Below, in pieces: positions 57,205 through 64,000 of a stretch of DNA of 64,000 nucleotides (within the stretch, counting starts at the first letter, position 1; every line of letters starts with the position of its first letter). The stretch is from an uncultured Verrucomicrobiae bacterium. GTDB lineage: Bacteria; Verrucomicrobiota; Verrucomicrobiia; Palsa-1439. The translations under genes and the position numbers were made by a program. Below the pieces are notes generated by a model. It had not been told where the DNA came from, did no database searches, and saw nothing but the letters and a program-made list of their open reading frames with translations. Location of the stretch: contig CAVQMY010000033.1 in assembly GCA_963713705.1 (NCBI GenBank), forward strand, positions 20,203-84,202, written 5' to 3'.

Positions 57205-59442
57205 ATGAAAAATGAGTGGACAGTATTGGGCGCCGTGTGTGCGTTGGTAATTGGGGTCTACGCGTTTGCGGCCCACTCAGGCTTTTTGGCCTCGACGAGT
57301 CTGAGCCCTGCTGAGGATTACTACAATTTATTGGTGCAGGGTTTTCGCGCCGGCCAGCTCAGCCTGAAAAAAGAGGTGCCGCCCGGGTTCGCGCAACTCG
57401 CCGACCCCTATGATCGGACGGCCAATACCCCCTATGAAGTGCTCGACCTGAGTTATTACAAGGGAAAATTCTACCTCTATTATGGCGTGACACCTGCCGT
57501 GTTGCTTTTCTGGCCTTACGTAGCGTTGACCGGCAGCTATCTCCTTCAAAAGGACGCCGTACTGGCTTGTTGCATTGTCGGTTTCCTGGTTAGCGTGGGC
57601 CTGCTGTTTGCGCTGTGGCGGCGCTACTTTGCGAAAGTCACGCTCGCGGCCGTCGCTGCTGGCACAATCGCGCTCGGTTTGGTCACCTGCATACCACCTC
57701 TCCTGGCTCGCTGTGATGTTTGGGAGGTATCCATTAGCTGTGGATACGCGCTGACGATGTTGACCTTGGCGGCGATTTGGAAGGCATTGCATCAACCGGA
57801 GCGACGGTGCTGGTGGCTGGCGGCGGCCGGTCTGGCCTACGGGCTGGCGGTAGGGGCGAGGCCCTCCTTGCTGTTCGGCGCGGTCATCCTACTTGTGCCA
57901 GTGGCCCAAGCGTGGCGCGAGCGGCAGCGTGTTTGGACACTGCTCATCGCAGCCATCGGTCCGATCATGCTGATCGGGTTGGGGTTGATGCTTTACAATG
58001 CGCTGCGCTTCGGCGATCCATTCGAATTCGGCTTGCGCTATGCGTTGTCTGGAGACCGGCAGGGCCCTTTTCGACCATTCAGTGTGCGATATCTGTGGTT
58101 CCACTTCAGAGTTTATTTTCTGGATTTTGCCGGCTGGAGCGATCGGTTTCCCTTCGTACATGACATCACCGTGCCACCTGTGCCGGTGGGCCATGGGCGG
58201 GTTGAGCATCCCTTTGGCGTCTTGACCAACATCCCGCTGGTGTGGCTGGCGCTGGCAGTTCCGCTAGCCTGGCGTGATCGCCCGGCGAAGACGGGTTCAA
58301 CCTTGTGCTGGTTCTTGGCGGCGGTCACCGGTCTTTTCGGGATTTGCACACTGACGTTATGTCTCTTCTTCTCGGCGAGCATCCGCTATGAAGTGGAATT
58401 CCTTCCCACGCTGGTGCTGCTGGCAGTAGTCGGCATCCTCGGTCTGGAGCGCGCGCTAGCCCCGACCTCGGAGTCGGGGCAGGCTCGGCGGCCCGTCTGG
58501 CGGCATACGGCGCGCTGGGGGTATGGCCTTCTGCTGGGGTTCTCGGTGGCGTTCAACCTGTTAGCGAGCGTCGAGCGTTGCGCCGAGTCGCACAACAATC
58601 TCGGAGGCGTGCTGATGAATCAGGGCAAGGTGCCGGAAGCAATTGCGCAGTACGAGCAGGCAGCGCGGCTCAACCCCGACTACGCGGAGATGCGCTACAA
58701 TCTTGGGGCCGCCTTGGTGCGGGCGGGCAGGATACCGGAAGCGATCGAGCAGTACGAGCAGGCGCTGCGGCTCAGTCCGGATTTCGCCGAGGCGCACAAC
58801 AACCTCGGGAATGTCTTGACGCAACCGGGCAGTTTACCGGAAGCGATCGGGCATTTGGAGCAGGCGCTGCGGATCAAACCCAATTACCCCGAGGCGCACA
58901 ACAATCTGGGGATCGCCTTGGCGCGGGCGGGCAGAATGACGGAAGCGATCGAGCAGTACGAGCAGGCGCTACGGATCAAACCCGATCTCGCGGAAGTCCA
59001 CAACAGCCTCGGAACCGCTTTGTATCAGACCGGCAAGAGTCAAGAGGCTATTGAACACCTCCAGCAGGCGCTGCAGATCAAACCCGATTACGCCGCCGCG
59101 CACGCCAATCTGGGGGTCGCCTTGGCGCAAACGGGTAAGAACGAGGATGCCATCGCTCACTTCGAGCAGGCGCTACGGATCAAGCCGGATTACGCTGAGG
59201 CGCACTACAATCTGGGGGGCATCTTGGCGCAGTCGGGCAGGATACCGGAAGCAATCGAGCAGTATGAGCAGGCGTTGCGGATCAATCCCGATTTCACTGA
59301 GGCGCACTACAATCTGGGCCTTGCACTGGAGAAGTTGGGCCGCACGCCAGAGGCCATCGAACACTACGAACAAGCCCTGAAACTGCATCCGGACTTCGCC
59401 CCGGCAAGGGACGCGCTCACACGACTCGAAGCCGGTCGGTAA
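57205..59442 (+). CDS. Polytopic membrane protein (GT-C/ArnT-like fold suspected) with a C-terminal array of about 8 TPRs
   Basis: About 450 aa with at least 10 hydrophobic helices, an acidic ED in the first loop and YYKGKFYLYYGVTP. Then very regular 34-aa TPRs (AEAHNNLG..L...G...EAI..YEQALRI.PD). Confidence 0.7.
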   Translation: MKNEWTVLGAVCALVIGVYAFAAHSGFLASTSLSPAEDYYNLLVQGFRAGQLSLKKEVPPGFAQLADPYDRTANTPYEVLDLSYYKGKFYLYYGVTPAVLLFWPYVALTGSYLLQKDAVLACCIVGFLVSVGLLFALWRRYFAKVTLAAVAAGTIALGLVTCIPPLLARCDVWEVSISCGYALTMLTLAAIWKALHQPERRCWWLAAAGLAYGLAVGARPSLLFGAVILLVPVAQAWRERQRVWTLLIAAIGPIMLIGLGLMLYNALRFGDPFEFGLRYALSGDRQGPFRPFSVRYLWFHFRVYFLDFAGWSDRFPFVHDITVPPVPVGHGRVEHPFGVLTNIPLVWLALAVPLAWRDRPAKTGSTLCWFLAAVTGLFGICTLTLCLFFSASIRYEVEFLPTLVLLAVVGILGLERALAPTSESGQARRPVWRHTARWGYGLLLGFSVAFNLLASVERCAESHNNLGGVLMNQGKVPEAIAQYEQAARLNPDYAEMRYNLGAALVRAGRIPEAIEQYEQALRLSPDFAEAHNNLGNVLTQPGSLPEAIGHLEQALRIKPNYPEAHNNLGIALARAGRMTEAIEQYEQALRIKPDLAEVHNSLGTALYQTGKSQEAIEHLQQALQIKPDYAAAHANLGVALAQTGKNEDAIAHFEQALRIKPDYAEAHYNLGGILAQSGRIPEAIEQYEQALRINPDFTEAHYNLGLALEKLGRTPEAIEHYEQALKLHPDFAPARDALTRLEAGR

Positions 59443-59552
59443 GTCCCAACACTTTACGCCGCAAGGCGGCGGTTCGTGGAACCATCGAAGAAACCTCCTC
59501 TTGTCGCGTTCCCGATTGAGTGCGGATGCAGTTTGTGATTGGATTCGTTTGC

Positions 59553-61522
59553 ATGACCGTCAGCCGGACAAAGTTGGTCGGAGTGGCGCTGGTGATCTTT
59601 GCCGTCACGGTCTGGCTGTATTGGCCGAGCACGCATGGCGAGTTCCTGAATGGAGATGATAATGAGTACCTGCGGCAATCGGTGCGGCTGAACGGTCTGA
59701 CATGGAACGCGGTGAAATGGGCGTTTACGTGCACGGATGACTACTACCAACCATTGGTGCGGTTGTCCCACGTTTTGGAATACCAGATATGGGGAAGGAA
59801 TGCAGCTGGTCACCATGTGGTTAGCGTCGTTGTTCACGCGCTCAATGCCGCGCTGGTGTTCGGATTCTTGTGGACGCTCCTGGGCGCGGCACCATTGACG
59901 ACCGGCGAACGGCTCGCGATGGCGGCGGGCGTCGCCACGGCGTTTGCCATCCACCCGTTGCAGATGGAGTCGGTGGACTGGGTGGCGGGACGAACGCAAT
60001 TGTTGTGCACGACGTTTGGGATGGCCTGCTTGTGGGCGTACGCCGGCGGCGCGCGCCGATGGATGGTGTGGGGATTGTATGTGGCGGCGCTATTATGCAA
60101 GCCGATGGCGGTGTCATTTCCGTTTGTCATGCTCGCGATAGATTATTATCCGCTTCGGCGCTATGAGAGGTTGGGCTGGGGCTGGTTGTTGCGGGAGAAG
60201 GCGACTTGGATTGCCCTCGCGGTGGTAGCGGGGCTGGCGACGATGATCACCAAGTCGCAGATGCGTCAGATTATTCCGTTGGCGGCGGTACCACTCTCAC
60301 AACGGGCGCTCCTTGCGTTCGAGAGTCTGACGTTCTATCCGATGAAGCTGCTTTGGACGTCGCATTTGTCGCCCTACTATCCGTTGCGCTTGGGGCTCTC
60401 ACTTGACCAGTGGCCGGTGTTGGCGTCCGTCCTCATTGTTGTAATTATCACAGCGGTGGTCGTCTTGGAAAGACGGCGCCTGCCGGCGTTGGCGGCGGCG
60501 TGGGGGGCCTACGTGATGCTAGTTCTTCCTGTCTCTGGGCTGGTCCTCACTGGCACGCAAGTAGTGGCGCCGCGGTACGCATACGTGGCGATTCTGCCGC
60601 TATTGGTGGTCGTGGGCGGAGCGGCGGTGTGGGTGTGGCGGCGCTCGGGGACGGTCGCACGTGTCGCGCTTGTTGGTTTTCTCGGATGCATGTTGTGGTC
60701 TTTCGGATCCTACAGTCGCAGCCTGATATCCGTTTGGAGCAATGACGAAACATGGTGGCGAGCAGCGCTGGTGGAGTTCCCGGACTCGGAAATGGCCAAC
60801 CGGTGCCTTGCGGGGGCGTTGTTAGCTCAGGATAGGGCCAGTGAGGCGCTCGAATACGCACAACGGGATGTCGAAATTGCGCCGCGGTTAAACACGGCGC
60901 ACTATAATCTGGCCATCGTTTTGGAGCGCGTCGGCAGGATCGACGAGGCGATCCAGCAGTATGAGCAGACGCTCCGCATCAAACCCGACTTCGTCGAAGT
61001 GCGGGAAGATCTGGGCAACGCCTTGCTCCGCTCGGGTCGGGCAAGCGAGGCAATCGAGCAGTACGAAGAGGTACTACGCGTCGATCCCGATCACCCCGGG
61101 TCCACTACAGCTTGGCGGACGCCTTGGCGCGAGTCGGTAGAGTTTCAGAAGCAATCACCCAGTATGAGTTGGAGCTACGAATCAATCCCGACGACGCTCC
61201 GAGTCAAAACAACCTGGCGTGGCTATTGGCAACGCATGCGCCAGCGGAAGGCGCAGACCCCGTTCGAGCGGTGGCGGTGGCCGAGCAGGCGTGCAAGCTT
61301 ACTGACAATCGGGTGGCTACGTATCTGGACACTTTGGCCGCCGCATATGCCGCTGCTGGGCGATTCGGCGATGCTGTCGCCACGGCACAGAAGGCCATTC
61401 CAATGGCTGATTCCGCCGCCCAAACACAGTTCGTCAGCAAGATCGAGATGCGGTTGGAACTCTACCGGGCAAACCGCGCTTATTACGAGCCCAAGAATGT
61501 GACGGATTCCCGCAAGCCCTGA
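59553..61522 (+). pseudogene. TMTC-like multi-TM + TPR protein, one frameshift (likely 1-nt deletion error)
   Basis: GEFLNGDD directly after TM1 (the loop-1 acidic motif of GT-C mannosyltransferase-like proteins). The C-terminal TPR part continues in ORF 61112..61522. One nt is missing near 61098-61100. Adding 1 nt gives 657 codons. Confidence 0.7.
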
Positions 61523-61742
61523 GAGAGGAAACCGTCATGGGGCAGAAGTTAAAAGCGGTAGGCTAAGCTCGACCGGCTGCCGACTCGTTCACGCAGCCAG
61601 AGTGGGCAGCTTCTCCTTCGCTCTTGCTCTGGCCCATGCTCGCGGAGATCGATACACATTGAGAAGTCCGCCATTCTCGACTTGACGTGAGCCATGCGGC
61701 TCGGGCTATTACGGGAGGGAGACAAACGTTCTGACGAAGGCA

Positions 61743-63698
61743 ATGAAAAGCATCTGGAAATCACCCGCTGCGGGTGTCGCCGTCATCATCCTGTTGACAG
61801 TTGCGGCCTACATTCCCGCGATGCGCGGCGGATTCATCTGGGACGATGACACCCTGATCACTGGCAACCGGATAATCCAAGCCAGTGACGGGCTTCGCCG
61901 AATCTGGTTTACGACGGAAGCGCTGGATTACTATCCGCTGACCTGGAGTTTGTGCTGGCTGGAGTGGCGGTTCTGGGGCAATAGCGCGGCGGGGTACCAC
62001 GCGGTCAACGTGCTGTTGCACGCCGTCAATGCCGTGCTGGTATGGATGGTCCTGCGGCGCCTGAAGATTCCGGGAGCCTGGCTGGCGGGACTGGTGTTTG
62101 CGATTCACCCGGTGAACGTGGCCACCGTGGCCTGGATCAGCGAACAGAAGAACACGCTCTCGATGTTGTTCTACGCGGTGGCGATCCTGCTGTACTTGAG
62201 ATTCGACGAAGACGGCCGATGGCGGTGGTACGGTTTATCGTTGGGGGCGTTTCTGCTGGCGCTGTTCAGCAAGACGGCGGTGGTCATGCTGCCCGTGGTG
62301 TTACTGGGGTGCGTGTGGTGGTTGCGCGGCCGGGTGCGGCGGCAAGACCTCCTGCGCGGCGTGCCGTTCTTCGTGCTTTCACTGGTCATGGGATTGGTGA
62401 CCATCTGGTTTGAGTACAATCGGGACCTGGGGGGACGCACGACCCGAACGGACGGCTTTCCTTCTCACCTGACAATCGCTGGCCGGGCACCCTGGTTTTA
62501 CCTGTACAAAGCCCTTCTGCCGTTCAACTTGAGCGTGTTTTATCCGAAGTGGGTCGTCAACCCCTCGTCTTGGATTTCCTATCTGCCAGGAATGGCCCTG
62601 GTGGGATGTCTGACGCTCTTCTGGTGGAAGCGCCGGACTTGGGGACATCCTTTGTTATTCGCGCTGGGGTATTTCGTGGTGATGTTTTTCCCCGTATTGG
62701 GGTTCTTCGATCAAGCCTTTTATGAGCAGTCGTTGGTGGCCGATCACTGGCAATACTATTCGATCGTCGGCCCCATCGCCTTGGCGGTAGGTGCCGGGGC
62801 GGTGGTTTGCCGCCGAATGGGCAGTCGCCGCCGTTATTGGGGAACGGTGGCAGCCGTGGCGGTGCTGACCGTGCTGGGAGCGGCGACCTGGCAGCGCAGT
62901 CACGTATATGCCGCTCAAGAAACGCTCTGGCAAGATACGGTGGCAAAGAATCCGAATAATTGGTTTGCGCACAACAGCCTCGGGACCGCCTTAGCGCAAA
63001 CGGGAAAGATCGAGGAAGCCATCGCACACTACGAGCAGTCCTTGCGAATCAATCCCTATTACGCCGTGGCGCACTGCAATCTGGGAGGGGTCTTATTGCA
63101 CGACGGCAAGGTACAGGAAGCGATTGGGCACTACGAGGAGGCATTGCGGCATAAGCCCAATCTCGCCGCGGCGCACAAGGGCCTAGGGCTCGCCCTGGAA
63201 CGAACGGGCAAGGTGTCGGAGGCAGCGGGGCAGTACGAACAGGCGTTGCAGCTCAAGCCTGACGACGCCGAGACTCACAACTACCTGGGGCTGGCCCTGA
63301 AGAAGATGGGCAAGGTCCCGGAGGCAGCGGGGCAATACGAGGAGGCGCTACGAATCAATCCGGAGTTAGCTGATACGCAAAACAATCTGGCCTGGCTGTT
63401 GGCAACGCAGGCGCCGGGGGAAGGTGGGGACCCCGTTCGAGCGGTGGCGGTGGCCGAGCGGGCGTGCAAACTTACTGACAACCGGGTGGCCACGTATCTT
63501 GATACCTTGGCCGCCGCGTATGCCGCCACTGGTCGATTCAATGATGCCGTTGCCACCGCCGAGAAGGCTGTCGAACTGGCCCGTGCAGGCAACGAGTTGA
63601 GCTTGGCTGAAAAGATCGAGGGGCGGTTGCAACTGTATCGCAACGGACACGCCTACCGCCAAGCCACCGATGTGACACAAGCACCGCTCGACCACTGA
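61743..63698 (+). CDS. TMTC-like multi-TM + TPR protein (paralog of 59553..61522)
   Basis: GGFIWDDD after TM1, at least 9 TM helices, and C-terminal TPRs. The last ~90 aa are near-identical to the paralog (NNLAWLLAT..DPVRAVAVAE.ACKLTDNRVATYLDTLAAAYA). Confidence 0.8.
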   Translation: MKSIWKSPAAGVAVIILLTVAAYIPAMRGGFIWDDDTLITGNRIIQASDGLRRIWFTTEALDYYPLTWSLCWLEWRFWGNSAAGYHAVNVLLHAVNAVLVWMVLRRLKIPGAWLAGLVFAIHPVNVATVAWISEQKNTLSMLFYAVAILLYLRFDEDGRWRWYGLSLGAFLLALFSKTAVVMLPVVLLGCVWWLRGRVRRQDLLRGVPFFVLSLVMGLVTIWFEYNRDLGGRTTRTDGFPSHLTIAGRAPWFYLYKALLPFNLSVFYPKWVVNPSSWISYLPGMALVGCLTLFWWKRRTWGHPLLFALGYFVVMFFPVLGFFDQAFYEQSLVADHWQYYSIVGPIALAVGAGAVVCRRMGSRRRYWGTVAAVAVLTVLGAATWQRSHVYAAQETLWQDTVAKNPNNWFAHNSLGTALAQTGKIEEAIAHYEQSLRINPYYAVAHCNLGGVLLHDGKVQEAIGHYEEALRHKPNLAAAHKGLGLALERTGKVSEAAGQYEQALQLKPDDAETHNYLGLALKKMGKVPEAAGQYEEALRINPELADTQNNLAWLLATQAPGEGGDPVRAVAVAERACKLTDNRVATYLDTLAAAYAATGRFNDAVATAEKAVELARAGNELSLAEKIEGRLQLYRNGHAYRQATDVTQAPLDH

Positions 63699-63793
63699 AG
63701 CGCGCATGCCAATCGCCGTGTATCGGCGGCCCTGATGGTTCCGCTCAACGGTGCCGATGTGGCACGGCACCAACGCGCGTTCGGAAGCTCCGA

Positions 63794-64000
63794 CCGGACT
63801 TCGCCCCGGCAAAAAACGCGCTCACACGATTGGGGGCCGGTCAGTAGCCCCAAGACCATTCAGGCCGACCACGGTCGCATCAAGGACAAACTGCAACTGT
63901 GCGACATCAACGAATTGTTGCGCGAAGCCATCGGCTGGATCGAGAGAGCCGGGAACCGAACCCGCCGAACGCCCCCCCCCAGCCTGACGACGAAAGAACT
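63794..64000 (+). repeat. Duplication-junction scar: copy of the 3' end of gene 57205..59442 joined to a copy of the LuxR HTH 3' part
   Basis: 63794-63856 resembles 59389-59455 (PDFAPA(K/R)(N/D)ALTRL..G.*). 63849-64000 resembles 56932-57080 (SPKTIQA.HGRIKDKLQLCD.NELLREAIGW.ERAG), about 88% identical. The joint lies in a shared AG(C/T)CC(C/G)AA(G/C)AC microhomology. Confidence 0.75.

Overview
High-GC (roughly 60% by eye) bacterial chromosomal window. Gene content suggests a PVC-group organism (Verrucomicrobiota/Planctomycetota-like). This is inferred from an ExbB-ExbD-ExbD-TPR-TPR-prenyltransferase-repeat cluster, TMTC-like multi-TM+TPR proteins and an HPr fusion. Core genes: mutL, the ribF-truB-nrnA-rbfA-infB-nusA block, pgsA-pgpA-grx, serA, malQ, nth/bcp, fdxA, pnp-rpsO, typA, mmsA, a GH31 glucosidase, mpg, yceI, pirin, osmC, SDRs, slyD, sanA, tRNA-His(GTG) and tRNA-Ala(GGC). 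Mobile DNA: an intact IS630-family IS with perfect TIRs and a TA duplication, and an IS5/IS1182-type transposase. The most interesting region is a ~3-kb AT-rich islet (19008-21982) between grx and serA. It encodes an HUH Rep-like protein, a Zn-ribbon ORF, an HNH nuclease and two unknown ORFs. It is bracketed by perfect 71-bp and 40-bp copies of host gene 5' ends, including a chimeric pgsA'-grx' joint. Other notable items: (1) a TTGGGTTCGTTT box / 95-bp inverted-repeat element family confined to noncoding DNA; (2) a 66-bp-period tandem array upstream of a LuxR-type response regulator; (3) three paralogous multi-TM+TPR genes followed by a duplication-junction scar; (4) a 797-aa secreted coiled-coil protein built of near-identical super-repeats; (5) an orphan PD-(D/E)xK-like gene. 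Caveat: at least 10 conserved genes carry frame disruptions. Most are 1-nt indels in short homopolymers, and length arithmetic restores full-length genes. This looks more like sequencing or assembly error than decay, so ORF boundaries in the novel regions should be treated cautiously.
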